This document shows, piece after piece, positions 8,879 to 19,834 of a stretch of 32,000 bases of DNA. The DNA is from Delftia acidovorans NBRC 14950. GTDB taxonomy: Bacteria > Pseudomonadota > Gammaproteobacteria > Burkholderiales > Burkholderiaceae_C. Below the pieces are notes generated by a model. It did not search any database, was not told where the DNA came from, and saw only the letters and a list, made by a program, of their open reading frames with translations. How positions within the stretch are numbered: the first letter of the stretch is position 1; every line of letters starts with the position of its first letter. A program made the position numbers and the translations under genes. The DNA is taken from the NCBI RefSeq assembly GCF_001598795.1, contig NZ_BCZP01000041.1, forward strand, positions 1 through 32,000. The letters run 5' to 3'.

Positions 8879-9861
8879 CCTTGTTCGCTGTCTGCCAGCC
8901 ACTGCGTGACGGCCTGCGGCATGCCCAGTACATGCCCTGGCCAATGTCCCTGTGCAAAACCCACATGACCGCCGTGCGGCGGTTGCCACAGCGTAACCCG
9001 TGGGCCGACCTCGCCTGGCCCTGGCAGGCTGCATGCAGGGACAAAGGGATCGTCCAGCGCATTGAGCAGCAGCGCAGGCACGGCAATGCTGCCCAGCACA
9101 GGCTTGGCTGCCGCCCGGCGCCAGTAGTCGTGCGCATCGAGAAAGCCATGCACGGGTGCCGTGAACGCGTCATCGAACTCCTTCAGATCGCGCGCGCGCA
9201 CCGCGGCATCGCGGTCGAAGAGGCCGGGAAATTGCGCCCATTTGACCCGCGCCTTGGGCACCAGCGTGCGCAGGAACATGCGTGTGTAGATCCAGCGGTT
9301 CAGACCCTGCCCCAGCGCCATGCCGCCAGCCGCCAGGTCCAGCGGCGCACTCACCGCCGCCAGGGCCTGGACCACCTCGGCCGCCTTGTCTGCCTGCAGA
9401 CCGGCCCAGCGCGCAAGCGCATTGCCGCCCAGGGAAACACCCACGACATGGAGCGGGCGGGAAGACCGTGCGCGCAGGCGGCGCAGTATCCAGTCCACCT
9501 CCTGCACATCGCCCGAGTGATAGGCGCGCGGGCCCCGGTTGACCTCGCCGCTGCAGCCGCGAAAGTGCGGCACGGCCATGTGCCAGCCACGCTGCGCGGC
9601 CACCCAGGCCATGGCCTGGGCATAGTGGCTGTTCGCCGAGCCTTCAAGGCCATGGAAAAGCACCAGCCATGGCGCGTCGGCAGGCAGGGTGGAAGCACCG
9701 CCGAAGGCGACATCGATGAAGTCGCCATCCGGGGTATCCCAGCGCTCCCAGCGCCAGGCGGGCGCCGCCTGGCCCACCGGCCAGCGGCGCGCGAACAGTG
9801 CCGGCCAGATGGTCTGGGCGTGGCCCCCGGGCAACCAGCGCGCCGCCGTGAATTCGTGCAT
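8875..9861 (-). CDS. YheT-like alpha/beta-fold hydrolase
   Basis: Starts MHEFTAARWLPGGHAQTIWPALF, the typical N-terminus of YheT-type hydrolases. It has the nucleophile elbow GVSLGG and a C-terminal HGGHVGF. The start is taken at ATG 9859..9861 rather than the extended ORF start at 10038. Confidence 0.8.
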   Translation of the reverse strand: MHEFTAARWLPGGHAQTIWPALFARRWPVGQAAPAWRWERWDTPDGDFIDVAFGGASTLPADAPWLVLFHGLEGSANSHYAQAMAWVAAQRGWHMAVPHFRGCSGEVNRGPRAYHSGDVQEVDWILRRLRARSSRPLHVVGVSLGGNALARWAGLQADKAAEVVQALAAVSAPLDLAAGGMALGQGLNRWIYTRMFLRTLVPKARVKWAQFPGLFDRDAAVRARDLKEFDDAFTAPVHGFLDAHDYWRRAAAKPVLGSIAVPALLLNALDDPFVPACSLPGPGEVGPRVTLWQPPHGGHVGFAQGHWPGHVLGMPQAVTQWLADSEQG

Positions 9862-10009
9862 AAAAGCCCTGTTAGCAGTCCTTGCCACACCGCTGCGCAA
9901 TGGCCTTTGCCCTACATGGCAGCAGGCCGGGCGCGCAGCACAATCGCCAGCATTGCGCATGCATCGTGCGCGATACTGTTTTCCATTGTCGCTTTCAGGT
10001 TGCCATCTT

Positions 10010-10597
10010 ATGAAACGTCTACTCGCCACGCTTGCCACCGTCCTGGCATTGACCGGCTGCGGCTACAACGACTTCCAACGTCTTGACGAACAGACCAAGT
10101 CGGCCTGGAGCGAGGTGCTCAACCAGTACCAGCGCCGTGCCGACCTGGTGCCCAACATCGTGGCCTCGGTCAAGGGCGAGGCCAATTTCGAGCAGGAAAC
10201 CCTGACCAAGGTGGTGGAGGCACGCGCGAAGGCCACCTCCATCCAGGCCACGCCCGAGCTGGTCAACAACCCCGAGGCCTTCAACAAGTTCCAACAGGCG
10301 CAGGGCGAGCTGTCCAGTGCCCTGTCGCGGCTGATGGTGGTGGCCGAGCGCTATCCCCAGCTGCAGGCCAACCAGGGCTTCCGCGACCTGCGCGTGACGC
10401 TGGAGGGCACGGAGAACCGCATCACCGTGGCGCGCAACCAGTACATCCAGGCCGTGCAGTCCTACAACGTGCTGGCGCGCAGCTTTCCGACCAATCTGAC
10501 GGCCAAGGTCTTCAGCTACGAACCCAAGCCCAGCTTCAGCGTGCAGAACGAGGCCGAAATCTCCCGCCCGCCCACGGTGGACTTCGGCAACAAGTAA
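10010..10597 (+). CDS. LemA-family lipoprotein
   Basis: Starts MKRLLATLATVLALTGCGYNDFQ (lipobox LTGC). LemA signatures: AWSEVLNQYQRRADLVPN, ERYPQLQANQGF, ENRITVARNQY. Confidence 0.88.
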   Translation: MKRLLATLATVLALTGCGYNDFQRLDEQTKSAWSEVLNQYQRRADLVPNIVASVKGEANFEQETLTKVVEARAKATSIQATPELVNNPEAFNKFQQAQGELSSALSRLMVVAERYPQLQANQGFRDLRVTLEGTENRITVARNQYIQAVQSYNVLARSFPTNLTAKVFSYEPKPSFSVQNEAEISRPPTVDFGNK

Positions 10598-10600
10598 GCC

Positions 10601-11506
10601 GTGACCATGTCCCTGGTGCCACTGTGGCGCATGCTTTGCGCCCTTGCCCTGACCATGCTGCTGCTGCCCGGGAGCACGCTGGCGCAGGCGCCGCAGCCCG
10701 TGCCGGCCCTCTCGGCTCGGCTCATCGACCAGACGGGCACGCTGTCGGCCGATGAGGCACGCACCATTGAAGACAGGCTGCGTGGCATCGAACAGAAGTC
10801 GGGCTCGCAGGTCGTCGTGCTGATGGTGGCCACCACCGCGCCCGAAGACATTGCCGCCTATGCCTGGCGCGTGGCCAGTGACTGGAAGATCGGCCGCCGC
10901 GACGTGGGCGACGGCCTGTTGGTGGTGATTGCCAAGAACGACAGGCGCATGCGCATGGAAGTGGCCCGCGCGCTGGAAGGCGCGATCCCCGACCTGGCGG
11001 CCGCGCGCATCATCGACCAGCAGATGGCACCACGCTTTCGCCAGGGAGACTATGCGGGCGGCATCACCGCTGCGCTGGACCAGGTGGCAGCGCGCATTGC
11101 GGGCGAGCAACTGCCGGCGCCCTCCTCCAGCCCCCAGTCTTCCAAAAGCCCGGACAGGGGCTTCGACATGGAAGACCTGATGCTGTTCTTCTTCTTCGGC
11201 GTGGCCGTGGTCGGCCCCATCCTGCGCTCGGTACTGGGCCGGCCGCTGGCCTCCGTGCTGGCGGGGGTAGGCGCCGGCATTGCCGCCTATGTGGTGACGG
11301 CCAGTCTGCTCGTCGCCGCAGGAGCGGGAGTCGTCGCGCTGCTGTTCACCCTGCTGGGAAGCGGCCGCTCCGGCAGGGGTGGCGGCGGTGGGTGGGGCGG
11401 TGGTGGCGGCTTTGGCGGAGGCGGCGGCCGTAGCGGTGGCGGCGGGGGCTTCAGCTCCGGCAGAGGCGGCAGTTTCGGGGGCGGCGGCGCCTCGGGGAGT
11501 TGGTGA
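10601..11506 (+). CDS. TPM-domain protein (YgcG-like) with TM segments and a Gly-rich C-terminal tail
   Basis: Signal peptide, then a TPM domain (LIDQTGTLSADEARTIEDRL, QVVVLMV, DGLLVVIAKNDRRMRMEV), hydrophobic helices, then a GGGGGWGGGGGFGGGGG tail. The start is GTG 10601 or ATG 10607. Confidence 0.85.
   Translation: MTMSLVPLWRMLCALALTMLLLPGSTLAQAPQPVPALSARLIDQTGTLSADEARTIEDRLRGIEQKSGSQVVVLMVATTAPEDIAAYAWRVASDWKIGRRDVGDGLLVVIAKNDRRMRMEVARALEGAIPDLAAARIIDQQMAPRFRQGDYAGGITAALDQVAARIAGEQLPAPSSSPQSSKSPDRGFDMEDLMLFFFFGVAVVGPILRSVLGRPLASVLAGVGAGIAAYVVTASLLVAAGAGVVALLFTLLGSGRSGRGGGGGWGGGGGFGGGGGRSGGGGGFSSGRGGSFGGGGASGSW
11360..11503 (+). repeat. Low-complexity GGN codon run encoding the poly-Gly tail of the TPM protein
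   Basis: Reiterated ggcggtgg/ggcggcgg units occur inside the CDS. This is a coding low-complexity region, not an independent element. Confidence 0.6.
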
Positions 11507-11507
11507 G

Positions 11508-12050
11508 ATGGGGGCTGCAATCACAGGCTTTGTTCAGCGTCTGATCCGGCTGCTGCGCCACCATTGGGCCGAAGGGCAGCTGCGGCGTGCACTCCCGCCT
11601 GAAAGCCTGGCGGAGCTGGAGCGCCTGATCACCATGAGCGAGCAGCGCCATACAGGCCAGATTCGCATCTGCGTCGAACCCGGACTGCCGCCCAGCTACC
11701 TGTGGCGCGACGCCACGCCGCGCGAGCGCGCCATCACGCTGTTCGGCAAGCTGCGCGTCTGGGATACCGAACACAACAACGGTGCCCTGATCTATCTGCT
11801 GCTGGCCGACCACGCCATCGAAATCGTCGCCGACCGCGCCCTGGCGCGCACCCTGCCGGCGGAACAATGGCAAACGCTGATCAGCGACATGGGTGCCGCC
11901 TTTCAGGGCGGCCATTACGCCATGGGCATGACAGCAGCCCTGGAGCGCGTGAGCCTGCTGCTTGAAACCAACTTTCCGCGTGACCCGCTGCAGCCTGTGC
12001 ACGATGGCAGCGACAATCTTCCCGATGCTGTCGTGATACAGCACCACTGA
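11508..12050 (+). CDS. Second TPM-domain protein of the LemA cluster
   Basis: ATG lies 1 nt after the preceding stop. TPM-like core: HTGQIRICVE, ITLFGKLRVWDTEHNNGALIYLLLADHAIEIVADR. Confidence 0.8.
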   Translation: MGAAITGFVQRLIRLLRHHWAEGQLRRALPPESLAELERLITMSEQRHTGQIRICVEPGLPPSYLWRDATPRERAITLFGKLRVWDTEHNNGALIYLLLADHAIEIVADRALARTLPAEQWQTLISDMGAAFQGGHYAMGMTAALERVSLLLETNFPRDPLQPVHDGSDNLPDAVVIQHH

Positions 12051-12158
12051 AAGGCAGGCAGGCTGCGCAGGCCGGGCCGAGCCACCCCCTTCATCAAGCT
12101 ATCGCGGGCACGGAGGCTGTGATAGCGTCACGCCATTTCATCAAGGAGCATCCACACC

Positions 12159-12419
12159 ATGAAGAACACCCTGGCCCGCCTGGGCCTGCTGGCCGCCGTG
12201 CTGACCCTGAGCGCCTGCGCAAGCCCCATCCTCGACGACTCGCAGGAATATGACTATGTGCTCAGCTGCAAGCTGCGCGAAGACGACCCCAAGCGCTGCG
12301 AGCAACAGATCCGCGCCTTGTGCCCCGTGCCCGCCAAGGCCGTGACGCACAAGTCACGCACGGTGGACCCCAAGGACAATGCCGTGACCTACGTGTACCA
12401 GGCCCGCTGCGGCGACTGA
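12159..12419 (+). CDS. Small Cys-rich hypothetical lipoprotein (86 aa)
   Basis: Lipobox LTLSAC, AAGGAG SD upstream and GC3-rich codons. Four further Cys residues in the mature part. No family recognised. Confidence 0.6.
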   Translation: MKNTLARLGLLAAVLTLSACASPILDDSQEYDYVLSCKLREDDPKRCEQQIRALCPVPAKAVTHKSRTVDPKDNAVTYVYQARCGD

Positions 12420-12462
12420 GCCATGGGGCCGGTGACCGGCCTTCCAGCCTTTTGCACCAAAG

Positions 12463-12490
12463 AAAAAGCCGCCCGAGGGCGGCTTTCTTG
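12463..12490 (-). terminator. Rho-independent terminator of the atp operon (usable from both sides)
   Basis: AGCCGCCC-GA-GGGCGGCT. The minus-strand reading is followed by TTTTTCTTT. A weaker TTCTT follows on the plus strand. Confidence 0.7.
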
Positions 12491-12511
12491 CAGCTGGAGC
12501 CCGAATGGGGC

Positions 12512-12928
12512 TCAGCGCTTTTGGCGGAACTTGCGCAGGGCCGCGATCTGAGCGGCCATGACGGCCAGCTCGGACTGGGCACGCGCCAGATCGACTTCGC
12601 TCTTGGCGTTCTTCAGTGCTTCCTCGGCTTCGAGCTTGGCCTTCTCGGCCTTCTCGGCGTCCAGGTCGGCACCGCGGATGGCGGTGTCGGACAGCACGGT
12701 CACACAGTTGGGCTGCACTTCCAGGATGCCGCCGGCCACGAAGACGAACTCTTCGCTGCCGTCCGCCATCTCGATACGCACCGAGCCGGGCTTGATGCGC
12801 GTGATCAGCGGAGTGTGGCGGGGAAAAATGCCCAGTTCGCCGGATTCACCGGGCAGGGCGACAAAGCGCGCTTCACCGGAGAAGATGGACTCTTCGGCAC
12901 TGACCACATCAACGTGGATGGTGTTCAT
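12512..12928 (-). CDS. atpC: F1 ATP synthase epsilon subunit
   Basis: 138 aa starting [43 protein letters not shown]. Confidence 0.95.
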   Translation of the reverse strand: MNTIHVDVVSAEESIFSGEARFVALPGESGELGIFPRHTPLITRIKPGSVRIEMADGSEEFVFVAGGILEVQPNCVTVLSDTAIRGADLDAEKAEKAKLEAEEALKNAKSEVDLARAQSELAVMAAQIAALRKFRQKR

Positions 12929-12984
12929 CTTTGCTCCTCAGAAAAGGTTGACTGGAACTTGGAACCGGCAGGGCCCAGATCGGG

Positions 12985-13068
12985 GACACCGAGCAAGGGC
13001 CGCCCCGCAGCGAGGGTGTCGTCCCCCTCCCCGCGAAGCGGGTAGAGAGGGGGAAGCGACGCAGTCGC
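12985..13068 (-). other. GC-rich nested stem-loop element in the atpD-atpC spacer
   Basis: GTCG-TCCCCCTC-[CCCGC-GAA-GCGGG]-TAGA-GAGGGGGA-AG-CGAC lies at 13018..13060. GCGAC-GCA-GTCGC lies at 13056..13068. GACACC (12985..12990) pairs with GGTGTC (13015..13020). Confidence 0.45.
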
Positions 13069-13086
13069 TCAGGGGGTGCCGCAGGC

Positions 13087-14508
<1,422 letters not shown>

Positions 14509-14530
14509 TTAGTTTGTCTGTTGAGCTGCT

Positions 14531-15403
14531 TTACACAGCAGCGGCGCCAGCCACGATTTCCGACAGTTCGGTCGTGATGGCTGCCTGACGCGTCTTGTTG
14601 TAGACCAGCTTCAACTCGCTGATGACGTTGCCGGCGTTGTCGGTCGCGGCCTTCATGGCCACCATGCGCGCCGATTGCTCGGACGCCATGTTTTCCGCGA
14701 CAGCTTGGTAGACCAGGGACTCTGCGTAACGCACGAGCAGCTCGTCGATCACGGACTGCGCGTCGGGTTCGTAGATGTAGTCCCAGCTATGGCCAGACGT
14801 CTTCTCGGCCTGCATGCTCTCGGACGACAGGGGCAGCAACTGCTCCACCACCGATTCCTGCTTCATGGTGTTGATGAACTTGGTGTAGCTCAGGTACACC
14901 GCGCTCAGCTTGCCCGCTGCATATGCATCGAGCAGCACCTTCACAGGGCCGATCAGCTTTTCCAGATGGGGCGTATCGCCCAGACCCGTCGCGTGCGAAA
15001 CCACCTTGGCGCCGACACGGTTCAGAAAGCCCAGACCCTTGTTGCCAATGGCCACTGCTTCTGCCGACACGCCTTGATCCTGCAGCTCCCGCAGCTTGGC
15101 CGTGACAGCACGCAACACGTTGGTGTTCATGCCGCCGCACAACCCCTTGTCCGTCGTCACCACGATGACGCCGGCTGTCTTTGCATCACCGTTCACTTGC
15201 ATGAACGGGTGCACGTACTCGGGGTTGGCTTGGCCAAGATGGACTGCAATGTTGCGGATCTTTTCGCTGTACGGGCGTGCAGCCAGCATCCGTTCCTGCG
15301 CCTTGCGCATCTTGGATGCGGCCACCATTTCCATGGCTTTGGTGATCTTCTTGGTGTTTTCCACCGATTTGATCTTGCCGCGAATTTCCTTACCTGCTGC
15401 CAT
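14531..15403 (-). CDS. atpG: F1 ATP synthase gamma subunit
   Basis: 290 aa starting [36 protein letters not shown]. Confidence 0.95.
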   Translation of the reverse strand: MAAGKEIRGKIKSVENTKKITKAMEMVAASKMRKAQERMLAARPYSEKIRNIAVHLGQANPEYVHPFMQVNGDAKTAGVIVVTTDKGLCGGMNTNVLRAVTAKLRELQDQGVSAEAVAIGNKGLGFLNRVGAKVVSHATGLGDTPHLEKLIGPVKVLLDAYAAGKLSAVYLSYTKFINTMKQESVVEQLLPLSSESMQAEKTSGHSWDYIYEPDAQSVIDELLVRYAESLVYQAVAENMASEQSARMVAMKAATDNAGNVISELKLVYNKTRQAAITTELSEIVAGAAAV

Positions 15404-15421
15404 GATGGCTCCTCGTCCGGT

Positions 15422-16975
15422 TTAAGCGAACGACTTCTTGAACGCAGCGATGGCGGCGTTCAATTCGGCTTCGGAATCCTTGTCCATGGCCTTGGAAGCG
15501 TTCAGCTTGTCGATCAGGGCGCCGTGGCTGGTCTTCAGGAACTGGTGCAGACCAGACTCGAAAGCCAGCACTTGCTTGACCTGGATGTCGTCCATGTAGC
15601 CCTTGTTCACTGCGAACAGCGAAGCGCCCATCAAAGCGGTGGACAGGGGGCTGTACTGGGCCTGCTTGAGCAGTTCGGTCACGCGGGCACCGCGGTCCAG
15701 CTGCTTGCGGGTGGCTTCGTCCAGGTCGGAGGCGAACTGCGCGAAGGCAGCCAGTTCACGGTATTGCGCCAGGTCGGTACGGATACCGCCGGACTGGCCC
15801 TTGACCAGCTTGGTCTGTGCAGCACCACCGACGCGCGACACCGAGATACCGGCGTTGATGGCGGGGCGGATACCGGCGTTGAACAGGCTGGTTTCCAGGA
15901 AGATCTGGCCGTCCGTGATCGAGATCACGTTCGTGGGCACGAAGGCCGACACGTCACCGGCCTGGGTTTCGATGATGGGCAGTGCCGTCAGCGAACCCGT
16001 CTTGCCCTTGACTTCACCCTTGGTGAAGGCTTCGACGTAGTCGGCATTCACGCGGGCTGCACGCTCGAGCAGGCGGCTGTGGAGATAGAACACGTCGCCG
16101 GGGAAGGCTTCGCGGCCCGGGGGACGGCGCAGCAGCAGCGAAACCTGGCGGTAGGCCACGGCTTGCTTGGACAGGTCGTCATAGACGATCAGGGCGTCTT
16201 CGCCGCGGTCGCGGAAGTACTCGCCCATCGTGCAGCCGGAGTAGGCCGACACGTACTGCATGGCAGCGGATTCGGAAGCGGTGGCAGCCACGACGATGGT
16301 GTATTCCATCGCGCCGGCCTGCTCCAGGGCACGCACCACGTTCTTGATCGAGGAAGCCTTCTGGCCGATCGCAACGTAGATGCAGGTAACGCCCTGACCC
16401 TTCTGGTTGATGATGGCGTCGATGGCCACGGCGGTCTTGCCGGTCTGGCGGTCACCGATGATCAGTTCGCGCTGGCCACGGCCGACGGGCACCATCGAGT
16501 CGATGGACTTGATGCCGGTCTGCAGGGGCTGGTCCACGGACTGGCGTGCGATCACGCCGGGAGCGACCTTCTCGATCACGTCCGTCATCTTGGCGTTGAT
16601 CGGGCCCTTGCCGTCAATCGGCTGACCCAGGGCGTTGACCACGCGGCCGATGAGTTCGGGGCCGACGGGCACTTCCAGAATACGGCCCGTGCACTTGACG
16701 GTGTCGCCTTCGGAGATGTGCTCGTACTCGCCCAGAATCACGGCGCCGACGGAGTCGCGCTCGAGGTTCAGCGCCAGGCCGAAGGAGGGCTGGCCATCCT
16801 TGCCTGCGGGGAATTCCAGCATTTCGCCTTGCATCACGTCCGACAGGCCGTGCACGCGCACGATACCGTCGGTCACCGAAACCACGGTGCCTTCGTTACG
16901 GATGTCGCTGCTGCCAGCCAGACCCTCGATGCGGCTCTTGATCAGTTCAGAAATTTCTGCGGGATTGAGTTGCAT
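15422..16975 (-). CDS. atpA: F1 ATP synthase alpha subunit
   Basis: 517 aa with Walker A GDRQTGKT. Confidence 0.97.
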   Translation of the reverse strand: MQLNPAEISELIKSRIEGLAGSSDIRNEGTVVSVTDGIVRVHGLSDVMQGEMLEFPAGKDGQPSFGLALNLERDSVGAVILGEYEHISEGDTVKCTGRILEVPVGPELIGRVVNALGQPIDGKGPINAKMTDVIEKVAPGVIARQSVDQPLQTGIKSIDSMVPVGRGQRELIIGDRQTGKTAVAIDAIINQKGQGVTCIYVAIGQKASSIKNVVRALEQAGAMEYTIVVAATASESAAMQYVSAYSGCTMGEYFRDRGEDALIVYDDLSKQAVAYRQVSLLLRRPPGREAFPGDVFYLHSRLLERAARVNADYVEAFTKGEVKGKTGSLTALPIIETQAGDVSAFVPTNVISITDGQIFLETSLFNAGIRPAINAGISVSRVGGAAQTKLVKGQSGGIRTDLAQYRELAAFAQFASDLDEATRKQLDRGARVTELLKQAQYSPLSTALMGASLFAVNKGYMDDIQVKQVLAFESGLHQFLKTSHGALIDKLNASKAMDKDSEAELNAAIAAFKKSFA

Positions 16976-17023
16976 GACTCTTTCCTTCTTTAGCTTTGGT
17001 TAGCCGAGACCTCAGTCGCGTTG

Positions 17024-17563
17024 TTACGCAATGAGGGCCGCTTTCATTTGTTCCAGGCGGGCCTTGACGGACGTGTCAAGAACTTCATCACCCACCACGA
17101 CGCGGATGCCACCGATCAGGGACTGATCTTGCTGCACCGACAGGTTCAGCTTTCGGCCGAAACGCTTCTCCAGCGAAGTCCCGAGGGCAGCCAGAGCGGC
17201 AGCATCTATGGGAAAAGCGCTTTGAACCACGGCGTCGGACGAGCCACCGGCGCGGTTCACGAGGCTGCGAAACTGGGCCGCCACTTCTGGCAGGGCTTGC
17301 AGTCGGCCGTTTTCAATGATGACGCGCAGAAAGTTGCGAGCGGCATCAGGCAATGCCGAGCCGGCCACGCCGCTGATGACGTCGAACAGTTGTTCGTCGG
17401 TCACCTTGGGGTCGTCGGCCAGCTGGCGCAATTGCGGATTGGCGGCAATCGCCGCCAATTCCTCCGCCCAGGCAACAGTGCCGGACAGGTCAGCACCCTG
17501 CTGGGTGCTGGCCTTGAACAGGGCATCTGCGTAAGGACGGGCAATGGTGGCGAGTTCTGCCAT
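17024..17563 (-). CDS. atpH: F1 ATP synthase delta subunit (OSCP)
   Basis: 179 aa starting [17 protein letters not shown], in the canonical position between atpF and atpA. Confidence 0.9.
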   Translation of the reverse strand: MAELATIARPYADALFKASTQQGADLSGTVAWAEELAAIAANPQLRQLADDPKVTDEQLFDVISGVAGSALPDAARNFLRVIIENGRLQALPEVAAQFRSLVNRAGGSSDAVVQSAFPIDAAALAALGTSLEKRFGRKLNLSVQQDQSLIGGIRVVVGDEVLDTSVKARLEQMKAALIA

Positions 17564-17575
17564 GTTTGCTCTTCC

Positions 17576-18046
17576 TTACAGCTCGGTCTTCAGGCGGTTC
17601 AGCAGGTCGGCATGGACGCCGGCATCCACTTCCTTGCGCAGGATCTGCTCGGCGCCCTTGACGGCCAGCGCAGCCACTTGCTCGCGCAGGGCTTCACGGG
17701 CCTGGACTGTCTGCTGCTCGGCCTCAGCGCGGGCAGCAGCAACAATCTTGTTGCCTTCTTCGGAGGCACGGGCCTTGGCTTCTTCGATGATGGCCTGGGC
17801 ACGGCGTTCGGCGTCCGCAAGCCGCGATGCCGTTTCGTTGCGCGTCTGGGCCAGTTCCTGCTCGACGCGCTTGTTGGCGGCGGCCAGGTCAGTCTTGGCC
17901 TTGTCGGCAGCAGCGAGGCCATCGGCGATTTTCAGAGCTCGTTCATCCAGCGCCTTCGCGATCGGGGGCCACACGAACTTCATCGTGAACAGCACCAGGA
18001 TCAGGAAAACGATGGCCTGGACGAACAGGGTCGCGTTGATACTCAC
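17576..18046 (-). CDS. atpF: F0 ATP synthase subunit b
   Basis: 156 aa with an N-terminal TM helix followed by a long Ala/Glu/Lys/Arg-rich helix. GTG start. Confidence 0.9.
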   Translation of the reverse strand: MSINATLFVQAIVFLILVLFTMKFVWPPIAKALDERALKIADGLAAADKAKTDLAAANKRVEQELAQTRNETASRLADAERRAQAIIEEAKARASEEGNKIVAAARAEAEQQTVQAREALREQVAALAVKGAEQILRKEVDAGVHADLLNRLKTEL

Positions 18047-18080
18047 GGCAACACCTTTCTATCTAGGGCGTGATCGGAGC

Positions 18081-18380
<300 letters not shown>

Positions 18381-19244
18381 TCAGTGGGCTTCATGTGCCT
18401 GGCCGAGATAGATCAGCGTCAGCATCATGAAAATGAAGGCCTGCAGGGTGATGATCAGAATGTGGAAGATCGCCCAGATAGAGCCTGCAATGATGTGCCC
18501 CAAGGGGAGCAACACACCGGAAAGCGACATGGCAGCCGCACCGCCCATCAGAGCGATCAGACAGAACACCAACTCACCAGCGTACATGTTGCCGAACAGT
18601 CGCATGCCATGCGAAACCGTCTTGGCGACATATTCAATGATCTGCATGGCCAGGTTGATAACACCCAGGATCAGTGCAAACACGGGATTCTTGCTGGTGC
18701 CGAACGGAGCGGTCACCAGTTCGTGGGCCCAGCCGCCCATGCCCTTGATCTTGATGCTGTAGAAGAAGCACAGGATCAGCACGGCCGAGGACAGGCCCAG
18801 CGTGGTCGAGAGGTCAGCCGTGGGAACGACGCGCAGGTAGGCGTGCGAGTCACCCTGGACGCCCTGCCACAGTACCGGCAGCAGGTCCACGGGCAGCATG
18901 TCCATGGCGTTCATCATGAAGATCCAGACGAACACGGTCAGCGCCAGCGGAGCGATGAACTTGCGGCTTTGCGCGTTGTGGATGTTGGCCTTGGCCTGGT
19001 TGTCCACCATCTCGACCAGCAGCTCTACAGCCGCCTGGAAGCGGCCCGGAACGCCCGATGTGGCCTTGCGCGCGGCAAGCCACAGCACGAACAGGCTCAG
19101 CACGCCCAGCGTGGCGCTGACGACGATCGAGTCCAGGTTGATGACCGAAAAGTCGATGATCGACTTTTGCTTGATGTTCTGGAGGTGCTGCAGGTGGTGA
19201 ACGATGTATTCACTTGCAGTAGGTGCGTGCGCGTCTGCGGCCAT
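18381..19244 (-). CDS. atpB: F0 ATP synthase subunit a
   Basis: 287 aa polytopic protein with the conserved LRLFGNMYAGE arginine motif. Confidence 0.93.
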   Translation of the reverse strand: MAADAHAPTASEYIVHHLQHLQNIKQKSIIDFSVINLDSIVVSATLGVLSLFVLWLAARKATSGVPGRFQAAVELLVEMVDNQAKANIHNAQSRKFIAPLALTVFVWIFMMNAMDMLPVDLLPVLWQGVQGDSHAYLRVVPTADLSTTLGLSSAVLILCFFYSIKIKGMGGWAHELVTAPFGTSKNPVFALILGVINLAMQIIEYVAKTVSHGMRLFGNMYAGELVFCLIALMGGAAAMSLSGVLLPLGHIIAGSIWAIFHILIITLQAFIFMMLTLIYLGQAHEAH

Positions 19245-19265
19245 CGGTCAACTTCTCTTCAAATA

Positions 19266-19748
19266 TCAATCGGTTTTTCGGACATTGGCCCGCACTATCA
19301 GCGCGACCCAATACGTTTTCATGACGATCACCAAGCCCGCCAGCAGCGCCAGCCAACTCAGCCCCGGGACCAGCTTGGGCGCAGCCGCCAGCATGGCAAT
19401 GCACAGCACCAGCTTCACCAGTTCCCAGCCAAAAATTCCCACCATGGCGGCTGCAGCGCCGCCAGGCCTCTTGCGCACGACGGCGCGCGCAAACAGCGCA
19501 GCCGGCAGCACCACCGACAAGGCGCCATAGGCAGCCGACCATCCGACCTCGGCGCGCCCCGTCACCAGCCACGCGACCAGTGCCACCAGCACGCCAACCA
19601 CCGCCTGGACCACCACGAAGCGCCACACAGACATCTGCGGGTTTCGCGTGCGCCACTCCTGAGCCTCCTCGGAGGTCAGGGGCTTGAAGTCGGAATCCTC
19701 GCCCTCAAGTTCCCTGTCAGCGTCTGTGTCAGCGGCGTAGTTTTTCAT
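19266..19748 (-). CDS. atpI: ATP synthase protein I
   Basis: 160 aa, first gene of the operon. Acidic N-terminus followed by four hydrophobic helices, which fits the AtpI family. Confidence 0.75.
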   Translation of the reverse strand: MKNYAADTDADRELEGEDSDFKPLTSEEAQEWRTRNPQMSVWRFVVVQAVVGVLVALVAWLVTGRAEVGWSAAYGALSVVLPAALFARAVVRKRPGGAAAAMVGIFGWELVKLVLCIAMLAAAPKLVPGLSWLALLAGLVIVMKTYWVALIVRANVRKTD

Positions 19749-19798
19749 TGAGTTCTCGAAGGCCGCAGACCAGACAAGACTTTTTCACAAAGCCTCTG

Positions 19799-19834
19799 AT
19801 TATAAGTAAAAACCCCTGCCGAACGATAGGGGTT
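19799..19834 (-). promoter_or_regulatory. Candidate atp operon promoter (-10 TATAAT) overlapped by a hairpin
   Basis: The minus strand reads AACCCCT-ATCGTTCGGC-AGGGGTTTTTAC-TTATAAT. A perfect TATAAT maps to 19799..19804 and a 7-bp stem to 19811..19817/19828..19834. The -35 is poor. Confidence 0.4.

Noticed and set aside
9955-9963. GCGCATGCA shared between the hydrolase/lemA spacer and the PTS upstream region (25098..25106), as a possible common regulator site.
   Set aside because: GCGCATGC-type strings also occur inside coding sequence (for example near 10625 and 10943). They are expected from composition.
11360-11503. Reiterated GGCGG units as a possible CRISPR or VNTR locus.
   Set aside because: - The run is in-frame poly-Gly coding sequence typical of YgcG-type TPM proteins.
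- There is no spacer/repeat periodicity.
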